Assembly (NCBI GenBank): GCA_963803705.1
Contig: CAWDNU010000001.1
Coordinates: 384,001-448,000 of the forward strand
From: an uncultured Pseudobdellovibrionaceae bacterium
Lineage (GTDB): Bacteria; Bdellovibrionota; Bdellovibrionia; Bdellovibrionales; UBA1609
Direction of reading: 5' to 3'
DNA: 64,000 bases
Both the position numbers and the translations under genes were made by a program. Every line of letters starts with the position of its first letter. The first letter of the stretch is position 1. Positions 52,586-61,972 of this stretch are shown here, one piece after another. The notes beneath the pieces were generated by a model. The model was not told where the DNA came from, did no database searches, and saw only the letters and a list, made by a program, of their open reading frames with translations.

Positions 52586-52612
52586 CTTAAAACCTTTTGT
52601 TAAACCAGCAGA

Positions 52613-53248
52613 TTAAATTTTCTTTTTGTGCGCCACACACAAGTCACGAATAGTATCAATGTGATTTAGCACGGATTTTGATTTTTTATTAAAAGTGTTG
52701 AAAGCAAAAGTGGCGGGTATGGCGACAAATAATCCGATCGCTGTGGCCATCAACGCTTTCGAAATTCCAATCATTACAAGACCTGGGTCACCTTGATTTG
52801 TTGCTAGACTCTGAAAGGCCTCCATCACTCCAAATACTGTACCTAGTAAGCCTATGAAAGGCGCATTTGATCCAATAGAAGCAAGTGGGCTTAAAAATTT
52901 ATCTAGGGTGGGTCGAATATTTTGTTTATAGCTGTCCAGGTATTCTTGCAGTCCATCAGTTCCTGCATCTTTGATATAGTTGAAACCTAACTTTATAGCC
53001 TCTGCCTCGTATCCTGTATTCATATCAGTGAACGATCTTAAAGAGCTTAAATCATTCTGATAAACCGAGTCGTGAGAAGCCTTTCTAAACTGGTCCTGAG
53101 TTTTTTTAATTTTGTTAAAAAATAAAATTCGCTCTATAATAAAACTCACGCTTACAATACTTAGAACGATTAACAAATAAAGAGTCAAATTGTGTCCAAA
53201 TTGAGCAATTATAAAAAACTGTGCAGTAAAAAAATCCAAATTTTGCAT
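52613..53248 (-). CDS. exbB: MotA/TolQ/ExbB proton channel
   Basis: LASIGSNAPFIGLLGTVFG, GIS.AL.ATA.GL.VAIPA; SD AGAGG. Confidence 0.88.
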   Translation of the reverse strand: MQNLDFFTAQFFIIAQFGHNLTLYLLIVLSIVSVSFIIERILFFNKIKKTQDQFRKASHDSVYQNDLSSLRSFTDMNTGYEAEAIKLGFNYIKDAGTDGLQEYLDSYKQNIRPTLDKFLSPLASIGSNAPFIGLLGTVFGVMEAFQSLATNQGDPGLVMIGISKALMATAIGLFVAIPATFAFNTFNKKSKSVLNHIDTIRDLCVAHKKKI

Positions 53249-55033
53249 GTAAAACCTCTGTTATCGAAATCAATAGTAAAGCTTACTTTAAACTTTACTC
53301 TTATCGCAACTTCTACTCTAAGTCTTTTTAGTTGTTTTTCAAACACCAAGGGCTCGCCATCATACGTCATAGTGGCAATTGATAGATTCGGAGCAGGAAC
53401 CGTTTCCTGCCCGGAATATCTAGAAAAAGGAGATGGTGGATTTTTTATATTATGTAATGATTTTGTTCGAATGGCTAACGCTTACACCACATCATTACAG
53501 TCGCCAGCAGCCCTAGCAAGTCTCGTGACTGGTGAGTACCCCTTGAATCATGAGCTTAGACATCCAGATAGTTTTCTGTCCTTTAAGAACCCAACCCTAG
53601 CCCAAATATTACTGACTGAAGATTATAGGACTGGTTTTTTTTCAGAAGGCGATCCAGTTAAAAGCTACCAGGGTTTGAACAGGGGTTTTGAAACTTTCTA
53701 CGATTTTTCAACTTCAACGGGTCAGGACGGCTTAAAGCAGGTTTTCAAATCAGCAACAAATTTTATCATGGAAAATAAAACGCAGCATCTTTCTTTGATC
53801 TATGTATCATCTTTAAAAAAATTAGAAGATGGCGGTGATGTTGTCGATGCATTAGAAATTCATCTGAGCGAATTATTTGATAAGCTTAAAAAAAACAAGA
53901 AGTGGCACAACACCCATATATTGATAGTTGGGTTGCAAGGATCGTTGAAACAATCTGTAGGAAATAAATGGCCAATAGTTAATTTAAATGAAAAAAACAT
54001 CAAAGTGGAAGCGTTTTATAAACCTGCCACAAAACCCAGAGACAGCGAGCTGAGTTTTCAGATAGATCGCAACATCACACTTGCGGATTTAGGCCACACA
54101 CTTATTAATTCTGCCGACCCTAACCTTGCAAAAAAAGGATACAATCAAAAATTACCAGAGTTAACTTCGCCAAAATCACTAGAGTCTTACTTTAAGAAAA
54201 AAAGTGAAACAACAATGAATTCAAGTCCAGTTATGATCGAAAGCTCTTGGCCAGACTGGCGGTACGGTTACGCGCCAATATATTCAATACTTGATGATCA
54301 ATACCGGGTTTTTTTAAATAAGGATATTAAGGTTTTCAACACTTTACTAAATCAGGAAATGCCTCTTGCAGAAAGTGACCAAATAACTGATGAAAGGAAG
54401 TATTTTTATTTGGCAACCGCTTCAAAACTTAACTCTGAAGGTAAAGATCAATTCAAAGACTCTGACATTGATAAGTTTGCTTTAGGATATAAAATCTGGG
54501 GCGTTAAAGATTACAAGTACCCCGATATCTTAACAGAGCTAGAAGCTGTAACTAAATCTGAATTAGAAAGCTCTTTTGAGATTGATAATTGGATGGCTAA
54601 GCTAAGCGTATTGCACCAAGACTGTAAAAAATTGCTAGAATTAGCAGTTCGAAATAAGAATAAAAAATGGGAGCTAGCAGCCAAATCATGCTTGAATATC
54701 AAAACAAGCTTTACTAATGATTATAGAATAGGTTGTTTAAGAGTTTTTTTTAAAAAGATTAAGACTTGGTCAAATCAATGTCAAAACGATCTTCTATATC
54801 ACGCATGGAAATATATTAGTTTTGAACAATCTGATGCTCAATTTAATAATTTCAAAACCTACTATAAACAATACGCGATTAATAACGATCGGATACAAAA
54901 TAATTGGAAAACTTTTTTATCCAGCGCTTTGGCCTATGAAACTGCGATAGAGCCTACAGATTTTGAACTATACTACCTTCAGCTTTCTGATCGTCAGAAA
55001 AACTTAATCGACCAAGCCAAGAGCCCTCACTAG
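53243..55033 (+). CDS. Sulfatase-like (alkaline phosphatase superfamily) lipoprotein, degenerate metal site
   Basis: LFSC lipobox, VIVAID, AYT...S....ASLVTG.YP, TLAQIL...Y.T..F, GL.RGF.F; DHG replaced by LQG. Start uncertain (53192 GTG or 53243 TTG). Confidence 0.65.
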   Translation: MHVKPLLSKSIVKLTLNFTLIATSTLSLFSCFSNTKGSPSYVIVAIDRFGAGTVSCPEYLEKGDGGFFILCNDFVRMANAYTTSLQSPAALASLVTGEYPLNHELRHPDSFLSFKNPTLAQILLTEDYRTGFFSEGDPVKSYQGLNRGFETFYDFSTSTGQDGLKQVFKSATNFIMENKTQHLSLIYVSSLKKLEDGGDVVDALEIHLSELFDKLKKNKKWHNTHILIVGLQGSLKQSVGNKWPIVNLNEKNIKVEAFYKPATKPRDSELSFQIDRNITLADLGHTLINSADPNLAKKGYNQKLPELTSPKSLESYFKKKSETTMNSSPVMIESSWPDWRYGYAPIYSILDDQYRVFLNKDIKVFNTLLNQEMPLAESDQITDERKYFYLATASKLNSEGKDQFKDSDIDKFALGYKIWGVKDYKYPDILTELEAVTKSELESSFEIDNWMAKLSVLHQDCKKLLELAVRNKNKKWELAAKSCLNIKTSFTNDYRIGCLRVFFKKIKTWSNQCQNDLLYHAWKYISFEQSDAQFNNFKTYYKQYAINNDRIQNNWKTFLSSALAYETAIEPTDFELYYLQLSDRQKNLIDQAKSPH

Positions 55034-55658
55034 GTCTGCTCTTAAAGATACTTCTAATCAAACTCTCGTTATCACTACTCTTTGGATGGTAAAAGCTTTG
55101 GGGAAGTGTTTCGCTTTTTACGAATAATAACTCTTCATCTTTTTTCAAATTTGAACTTTCAACTCTAAAATTTAAACTGTTTTCCACACCCAAAAGCGCA
55201 TGTGGGAGGGTCGGTGCGCCTTTAGATTTAAAAGATCTTTGACCCATGCTATGATCTAAACCAGAAATTCCGCTTTTGGCTATTATAAATATGTGAGGCC
55301 AACCGATCTGAACCCAATATATTTTCTGATTTACTTTTTGTAACATTAAAAATTCAAATCCCTCTGAATATGAAGTTTTATTATAATTGCTGTAGATCAT
55401 GTCGTTTAGGAATAATGTGGTGGTGTAGATGCGATTTGCCATACCGCTTAAGCAAGTCAGTTTTGGAAACGGAGAGGTGACATCAAAATCTTGATTTGCA
55501 GCTAAGTATTCATTTTCACACTCGTCAAAAATTTTTTCTGTGAGTGAAGGGTCCCCGTAGCTGGTGGCCATCATAAAGAAGTTAGATTCAGCTACAAGTC
55601 GATGAGCAGGAGCAATCTGAACAAAATCCCCCCTGTAACCAATTTCAGTAAACTTCAT
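54954..55658 (-). CDS. Hypothetical protein, probable degenerate PP2C-fold protein
   Basis: Pattern N..IY / WVQIG / LP..LLG / L...ELLF resembles PP2C, but the DG motifs are absent; last gene of the FHA operon. Confidence 0.45.
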   Translation of the reverse strand: MKFTEIGYRGDFVQIAPAHRLVAESNFFMMATSYGDPSLTEKIFDECENEYLAANQDFDVTSPFPKLTCLSGMANRIYTTTLFLNDMIYSNYNKTSYSEGFEFLMLQKVNQKIYWVQIGWPHIFIIAKSGISGLDHSMGQRSFKSKGAPTLPHALLGVENSLNFRVESSNLKKDEELLFVKSETLPQSFYHPKSSDNESLIRSIFKSRPSEGSWLGRLSFSDDQKAEGSIVQNL

Positions 55659-55670
55659 AAATTTTTCCTG

Positions 55671-57566
55671 TTAAATTTCTGTTTCATAGCTTTTTAATTT
55701 ACTTTCGGCTTTCTGAAAATATTCTTCTTCTGGGATGTCTCGCTCTACAATCTGTTTCCATTTTGATATAGCAGTGTGGATCTTACCTAAGTCCTCCATT
55801 AAAATGCTGTCTTGATACAAGGATCTTATTTCTATGCGCAATAGACCTCTCGCCTCAGATTCTATTTTCACAAGTTGGGCATCAAATTCGTCAATCTTTA
55901 ATCCTTTTCGTGCTGCAAGGACTGCCTCTCTGTAATTTTCTTTCGCAAACTGTAGTTTTGATTCATCAAGAGCTTTTTTTAAAGTGCTTTCTAGGGCCGA
56001 TTTGATCGAAGCTATTTCCCTAGAGGCCTTAACCCTATCATTTCCTTTGGGATCAGGGTATTTACCTTTTAAATACATACCGTACCACTTAAGAGCATCT
56101 TCCCAGTACTGCTGTTCTTTAAATTTATCACCTTTTCTTATAAGGGCTCGTCCTCGGTTAAGTCGGTCAGCGTATTTCTGCTGTCTAAGCCTAATCTCAT
56201 CATTTTTTCTGTCGACTGCGTCTGCTTGATCGAAGAGCTTCGCGATCTCTTCATTTTCTGGTGAAAGTTCAATCGCTGGCTGTAAGCATAATTTTATGAC
56301 ATCACTTCCTTCTGTAACCTTGTCTTTGCAAGACTCTATAATTGCACTCACTTTTTCTATAATAGCCAAGCGATCTCTTTCTTGAGCTTCCATTTGGCTC
56401 TGTCTTTCCAACATCTCTAGTGCTGTTTGACATTTAACTCCGATTTCAGCAGCGTCTTGGTCATCAGGTCGTAAATCTTGGATGCGCTGGACTTCCGATA
56501 AACATAGTGACCACCTAGCCTCACCAATATATTGGATAGCAGCAACTTTTGCGTTATCTATAATTTTGTTCTCTTCCGCACGCTGCCTCAAAGCTGCTAT
56601 TTCCCTTTGAGCAGCTGATTTGTTGGAAGTTCCTGCTGGCATAAATGCAAATAGGGCAGCCAACAGAATAAAACCCGCTGTTATGCCGACTCTGACTTTC
56701 TTTTGAGGACTCCATTCGTTTAGATTAACCCAACCGTCTTTGACTTTTTTGACACCCATACCGCTATTAGTAATAGGACCATTAGCAAGATGTCCCATAT
56801 CAATCGGCTTGTAGTTTTCTGGAAGATTATAAATTTGTTTTTCAACGATACTATCTTTGATTTCAAATAGTAACTTGTAGTCGTGAATTGAAATGATATC
56901 ACCAGATTTGAGTTCAATTTCATTATTGGCAGGTAGTTGGTGACCATTTAAAAATGTACCATTCGAGCTTCCCAAGTCTTTAATTAAAAATTTATCATTA
57001 AGCTTGTAGACTTCGAAATGCTGTCTACTTGATTTATCGTGATCGATAAATACATCACACGTCTTTGCTCGACCAAAAGTCCATTTATGGGCATCCATCT
57101 TGAGCTCATCAACTACACTGCCGAATTCAATTTTTTTAAAAGTTGCGACTAAATCTTGAGTACTCAAAGAAGTTTTTTCGAAATTTCCAGCATAAGTTTC
57201 TTCGGGCTGAAACTCATTAACCTGATCGTTGTCATCTTCTTCATTTTCCAACGACTGTATTTCTATATCTTCAATTTCTTGAAGAACTTCAAAATTGTAG
57301 GGCGGTATCGAAAAGTGACCTTGCCCGATGACCTCGATGGACTTTTCACTTAGGCCGTTTACCACTAGCTTTCCTGCTTGTGATAAACGCTCCACTAGAA
57401 GCTTGTCACCCAAGTGAACTATTTTTAAATGCTGCCTAGAAATGCCGGGGAAAGATTCTAGTTTAACGTCACAAGAATCATCTCTTCCGATAACAATTTC
57501 ATCACCGCTGGTAATTTTTAATTCTTGATGTGTTTCACCATCAATAAAACATTTGAGCTGAAACAT
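55671..57566 (-). CDS. Tandem-FHA, single-TM, periplasmic TPR/coiled-coil protein
   Basis: IGRDDSCD..ISRQH and FGRAKTCD..SSRQH..DLGSSNGT; TM GITAGFILLAALFAF; helical repeats. Confidence 0.85.
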   Translation of the reverse strand: MFQLKCFIDGETHQELKITSGDEIVIGRDDSCDVKLESFPGISRQHLKIVHLGDKLLVERLSQAGKLVVNGLSEKSIEVIGQGHFSIPPYNFEVLQEIEDIEIQSLENEEDDNDQVNEFQPEETYAGNFEKTSLSTQDLVATFKKIEFGSVVDELKMDAHKWTFGRAKTCDVFIDHDKSSRQHFEVYKLNDKFLIKDLGSSNGTFLNGHQLPANNEIELKSGDIISIHDYKLLFEIKDSIVEKQIYNLPENYKPIDMGHLANGPITNSGMGVKKVKDGWVNLNEWSPQKKVRVGITAGFILLAALFAFMPAGTSNKSAAQREIAALRQRAEENKIIDNAKVAAIQYIGEARWSLCLSEVQRIQDLRPDDQDAAEIGVKCQTALEMLERQSQMEAQERDRLAIIEKVSAIIESCKDKVTEGSDVIKLCLQPAIELSPENEEIAKLFDQADAVDRKNDEIRLRQQKYADRLNRGRALIRKGDKFKEQQYWEDALKWYGMYLKGKYPDPKGNDRVKASREIASIKSALESTLKKALDESKLQFAKENYREAVLAARKGLKIDEFDAQLVKIESEARGLLRIEIRSLYQDSILMEDLGKIHTAISKWKQIVERDIPEEEYFQKAESKLKSYETEI

Positions 57567-58516
57567 TAGAAGTTACCTCGTTTTTTTAAATCACATTCTA
57601 GCAGCACTTTCTTTGCTTCTCTGTAGCGCGCATTGGTCGGATCATTAAGTAGATTCATAATATTTTTCATTGATGACTTGCACACCTCAAACCGACCAGC
57701 CTGTTTATTTGCTAGCCCTCCTTTAAATTGTTTTTCCAACAGATCGTCTGAAAATTGTAAAGAAAGCCTAAGTAGTCTTCTTGCCTCTGAATGTGCAGGT
57801 TCGATTGACAAGACAGCCACAAATGCATCTCTAGCATAGAAAAACTGCCCCCGGTCAAAGTCTCTGCGTCCTTGCACAAAAATTGATTGAGCATTACGCC
57901 CATTTTCAGTCGAAAAAATAGAGTCTTTATATTTTCTATCTAATTCTTTTATAATATCTTCAATACTGTTGATTCTTCGCTCGCTTTTCTCATTATTATC
58001 AAACGACTCGATTTTCACGCTACTACTCTTTTTTTTCACAGGCGGGGTAGTAAAGTAGTAGCCAGAACCCATAACCACTATAAACAATAGTACGTATCTG
58101 AGCCTATTTGTACCTGGTCGCAAATTATTGTCTTTCAGCTTAGGCGCTGCTTTAGGACCGTTTTCAACAAACTGCAAAACGTGATCGCCAATTTGGATCA
58201 CTTCATTTTTTTTTAGCTCTACTTGCTTTGTTTTTATCCCATTCACAAGAATAAAGTTATTTTTAGTTAGATCTTGAATAATATAAGATTGGTCTTGAAA
58301 AATTAATCGCACATGCTGTCGACTAACTTTAGAGTCATTTTTTAGTTGGATATGGTTTGATGGGTCTCTTCCAATTAAAACTTCACTAGATGATATTTGA
58401 AAAACTGCACCTCGCTCATATCCTTTATTAATTTTGATAAAGAATCGTTTTTCACTGTTATTTTGAACAATGGTGTTATTGTTTAGCTCTGAGTTTTTAT
58501 GGCTTATGTTGTTCAA
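57566..58516 (-). CDS. FHA-domain, single-TM, TPR protein
   Basis: IGRDP.N..VSRQH..VNG; TM YVLLFIVVMG; TPR-like C-terminus. Confidence 0.85.
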   Translation of the reverse strand: MNNISHKNSELNNNTIVQNNSEKRFFIKINKGYERGAVFQISSSEVLIGRDPSNHIQLKNDSKVSRQHVRLIFQDQSYIIQDLTKNNFILVNGIKTKQVELKKNEVIQIGDHVLQFVENGPKAAPKLKDNNLRPGTNRLRYVLLFIVVMGSGYYFTTPPVKKKSSSVKIESFDNNEKSERRINSIEDIIKELDRKYKDSIFSTENGRNAQSIFVQGRRDFDRGQFFYARDAFVAVLSIEPAHSEARRLLRLSLQFSDDLLEKQFKGGLANKQAGRFEVCKSSMKNIMNLLNDPTNARYREAKKVLLECDLKKRGNF

Positions 58517-60084
58517 GCGTCATGCTCCACGGGGATAAACGAAACTATATAATATGCTACTTCATGACTTCCATAAACGGCTTGCATCGCCAACTCGAAG
58601 GTGTCCCCAGAAAAATCTAGTTGATTTGATATAATTTGGTCAGGACTCAACTTAAGTTGATCTATTAGGTCTCTTAAACTCATTTTTAAAGACTGGTCTG
58701 AAATTTGAAAAACTGTTGTTCCCTGGATATTTATTAAACCTGTACGCTCTTCGAAACCAGCATTAAATGCAGTGATTGTTTCATCGTTAGCTCGAATTGC
58801 GACTGCGGGGTAGCCAATGAGTTCGACCATATTTTGCATTTCAAAATTACGGTCTCGCTCGAAAACCTCTTCCTGTGCGGTGTCACCAACTTGTCTGTTT
58901 AAGGCGCTATTTAGGTTTGAATACAACTTTTGTAAAACAGGAAACTTAAGTTTTGTTTCCAGTTGTGCTGTTCCATTTCTTAAGTATAGGTCGACTTGTC
59001 TATTTAAAACTCGAATTGGGTAGCTTATTAATCTAGAAACAAAGAAATAAAGAATCAGTGCTACTATTAAAGACAAAGCTAGGGTTTGAACAAATAAACT
59101 TAAAGTTCTGTTAAAATCCATCATACGAGTGTCTACGTCGTATAATACCACACCGTAATATCTAGTAGACTCAATTGATTTTTTTGGATCGTAATACTTA
59201 AAAGCTTCTATAGCTAAAATGTTCTTACTACTTATGAATTCGATAAAAGTTTTATTATCAGCTATTTGCCGCCCTTTATGAAAGCCTTTAATTTTCGGCA
59301 TCTGTCCAGCCATTCGTGCTGGAGCTACAATTTCGCCTCGAATATCCGTTATATAAGCCTGAATAACTCCCGGTTTTTGGTAAGTTGAATCAAGGTCAAT
59401 TGCAGAGAAAAGACGCTTAAATAGAGGATCTTTATTTTGGGTAATTACTTCATGAACGATATTTTGAACGTTTCTTAAACTAGACTCTTCTATACTTTCC
59501 CTTAGAATTTTCAATAAAGGTATTACAGATAGGCTTGTCGACAATACCACTACCAGTATAAAAAATAGTCCAACCACCCATTGAAAATCCATATACTCTG
59601 TCATTTTATAGATGCCTGGTAGAACGGTATTTTCAAAGTAATGATTTGTTTTTTTCTTAAAAATTTCTACTGGCGGGTCATAGGGCTGGATAATATCTGC
59701 ATCATCTATATGTAGAGCTAAATCCGATACAACTTCTTCTGAATGGGTTGCTAGTTCATTTTTACCTTGAAAAAGCGCCAGCCCACCGCTCTTAGCATTT
59801 TGATCAACAACTTCTGTAACTGTATCATGAAAGCTTAACTTATCGCCGGTGTAGACTTTTGATTCGGCTATTTTAACACCGTTGATGTAGCTTCCATTTG
59901 TAGATTTTAAATCTTTCAAAATTAGCAGGTCGCCTTTTTTTTCAAGGCTTGCATGTTTCTTCGACACATTGTTGTTAGCGATAATAATATCACACTCTGG
60001 CGAGCGGCCAAGTACCGAAAGACCATCTTTTAATTGGATGACTTTACCCATTTGCTGTCCAGTTAAGATTTTAAGCGCTAACAC
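58513..60084 (-). CDS. FHA-domain protein with two TMs, periplasmic domain, HAMP-like and PAS-like C-terminus
   Basis: LGRSPECD..VSKKH..DLKSTNG; TM2 followed by ISYPIRVL; VELIGYPAVAI...AFN. Confidence 0.8.
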   Translation of the reverse strand: MLALKILTGQQMGKVIQLKDGLSVLGRSPECDIIIANNNVSKKHASLEKKGDLLILKDLKSTNGSYINGVKIAESKVYTGDKLSFHDTVTEVVDQNAKSGGLALFQGKNELATHSEEVVSDLALHIDDADIIQPYDPPVEIFKKKTNHYFENTVLPGIYKMTEYMDFQWVVGLFFILVVVLSTSLSVIPLLKILRESIEESSLRNVQNIVHEVITQNKDPLFKRLFSAIDLDSTYQKPGVIQAYITDIRGEIVAPARMAGQMPKIKGFHKGRQIADNKTFIEFISSKNILAIEAFKYYDPKKSIESTRYYGVVLYDVDTRMMDFNRTLSLFVQTLALSLIVALILYFFVSRLISYPIRVLNRQVDLYLRNGTAQLETKLKFPVLQKLYSNLNSALNRQVGDTAQEEVFERDRNFEMQNMVELIGYPAVAIRANDETITAFNAGFEERTGLINIQGTTVFQISDQSLKMSLRDLIDQLKLSPDQIISNQLDFSGDTFELAMQAVYGSHEVAYYIVSFIPVEHDA

Positions 60085-60430
60085 GTAACAGATCTCCTAC
60101 TTCCAAATCACCTGCTAATGATTCGGATTTAAATTCGAAGCAAGATTTAGATGTAAAACCACCCCAATTTAGTTTCCAGGGTTGAATGTTTCTCTGAATA
60201 CTGGTTACTTTCAAATTTTTGTCTACGTATAAAATATCAATTGCAAACCTCATAAAAAAAGTGTGCACACTGTTACACCTATGAATCCATAAGCACTGAT
60301 TTTTTTCTAAACTAGATCTACCAAGTAGACCTTTAGATCTTTTATAAAAAGACTTTGCGATTTCAACTTGGCTCGAAATAACACAATTCTTACTTATATT
60401 AAAAAGCGAAGCATCGGAATTCAAAGTCAC
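60071..60430 (-). CDS. DUF192-family protein
   Basis: A.SFY.R.KGLLGR, CNSVHTFFMRFAID, L.VGD. Confidence 0.85.
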   Translation of the reverse strand: MTLNSDASLFNISKNCVISSQVEIAKSFYKRSKGLLGRSSLEKNQCLWIHRCNSVHTFFMRFAIDILYVDKNLKVTSIQRNIQPWKLNWGGFTSKSCFEFKSESLAGDLEVGDLLRVSA

Positions 60431-61339
60431 TTAACCTCCACTCGAGAAACTAAGTGCTACTGGTGCAAGCACCATGATGAAAACTGCAGGCACAATAAAT
60501 AGCATAATTGGAATAAGTAGGGCCTGCGATGCTTGTGCTCCTGCTTTTTCTGCCCTTACAAATCTTTCAAGTCTCATCTGAATTGACTGATCTTTTAGAA
60601 CTTTTGCTATCGAAATTCCTGATTGGTCAGCGTCAGTAATAACAGCCACAAAACTTGTAATTTCTGTCAGATCAATTCTATTAGCTAAACCTTTTAGAGC
60701 ATCTGATCTTGAACTTCCTAAATTGATATCTCGTAGAACAACTTGAAGTTCCATAGCTAAAATGCTTCCTTTAGCTTTTTCAGATATTCTTTGAATTGCA
60801 CCAATGAAGTCCAAACCTGCTTCTGTACATAAGGCAAGAAGATCTATGAAAAATGGTAAATCCAATTGGACAGCCATATTTCTTTTCTTCTTTTCAGAGC
60901 TTGCATAAAGATGAGGAAACATAGCGCCAAAAGCTACAACAAAGATAGCGCTGTAAAAGGGCAGTCCTAAGGCCAAAGCGAAATTTAGAGCCATTACTAA
61001 AATTGGAAAGAAGATGCCCCAGAAGATTTGAAGTCCTATAAACTCTTCGACGGTCAGCTCGTCTGCTAAACCTGAGGTGATTAATTTTTTTTCAATATTT
61101 TTTCTGTAGTTTTCGCTTTTAATTTTTTTTGTATGTTGCATAGCAAAGCTATGCACTAAGGGGCGCGAAAAATTAATAAGTGGTGATTTAGAAACTTTTG
61201 GTTCATCACCAGAGGCCCAGGCTAATGAAGAGCTCTGATCATCTGTTTTTAGAATAGTTCTGACAATAAGGTAAACACTGAAGCCAGCTAACAGTAGACC
61301 CAATATAAGAAATATGAGATTCATTGATAAACCATCCAT
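60431..61339 (-). CDS. tadC: Tad pilus inner-membrane platform protein (T2SSF family)
   Basis: LPFFIDLLALCTEAGL, G.SR..AL, G.SI..VL, R.ER..RAE.A, C-terminal P..LFI.PA. Confidence 0.88.
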   Translation of the reverse strand: MDGLSMNLIFLILGLLLAGFSVYLIVRTILKTDDQSSSLAWASGDEPKVSKSPLINFSRPLVHSFAMQHTKKIKSENYRKNIEKKLITSGLADELTVEEFIGLQIFWGIFFPILVMALNFALALGLPFYSAIFVVAFGAMFPHLYASSEKKKRNMAVQLDLPFFIDLLALCTEAGLDFIGAIQRISEKAKGSILAMELQVVLRDINLGSSRSDALKGLANRIDLTEITSFVAVITDADQSGISIAKVLKDQSIQMRLERFVRAEKAGAQASQALLIPIMLFIVPAVFIMVLAPVALSFSSGG

Positions 61340-61354
61340 AAAAGTAAGGTCCCC

Positions 61355-61972
61355 ATGCAGCTAGTTCTTGTTTCTGCTTCACCAAGACGAAGAAAAATCT
61401 TAGACAGTGCAGGTCTTAGTTTTCATACTGAGACAGTAGAAATATCGGAAATTGTTGATGAAAACCTGAATTGGGAAGACGCAGTGTCTCGAATTGCTAC
61501 GGATAAACTTCAAACTTTTTTAGTTTCAGATAAGTCGTTGAAATACATAGAGTATTTGGCAATTACAGCGGACACTATGGTGTTAGTAGACAAGCAGATC
61601 TTAGGCAAACCGCAGTCTGTTCAGCAAGCCAAGGATTTTTTAGGTCTTTTGTCTGGTCGAGAACACACGGTTATAACCGCGCTTAGCCTATATAATTCAA
61701 GATTAAAGTCTATTGATCAAATCCTTGAAAAAACAAAAGTGACTTTTTATCCCTTAAGTGACGAAGTGGTCGATACCTATATCTCTTCTGGTCAACCAAT
61801 GGACAAAGCTGGGGCCTATGGGCTTCAAGATTCAGATCACGACTTTGTTCAAAAAGTAGAGGGGTCTATCAGCAATGTAATTGGTTTTCCTATTGAAACT
61901 TTTTTAGTTTACTTAGAAAAACGTGGATTACTGCCACTTTTCAAAAAGGATCAAGTTGGAATTAAAAAATAG
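61355..61972 (+). CDS. maf: Maf-family nucleotide pyrophosphatase
   Basis: LVSASPRR, ADT.V, LGKP, LSGREH, DKAGAYG.Q, NVIGFP. Confidence 0.93.
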   Translation: MQLVLVSASPRRRKILDSAGLSFHTETVEISEIVDENLNWEDAVSRIATDKLQTFLVSDKSLKYIEYLAITADTMVLVDKQILGKPQSVQQAKDFLGLLSGREHTVITALSLYNSRLKSIDQILEKTKVTFYPLSDEVVDTYISSGQPMDKAGAYGLQDSDHDFVQKVEGSISNVIGFPIETFLVYLEKRGLLPLFKKDQVGIKK

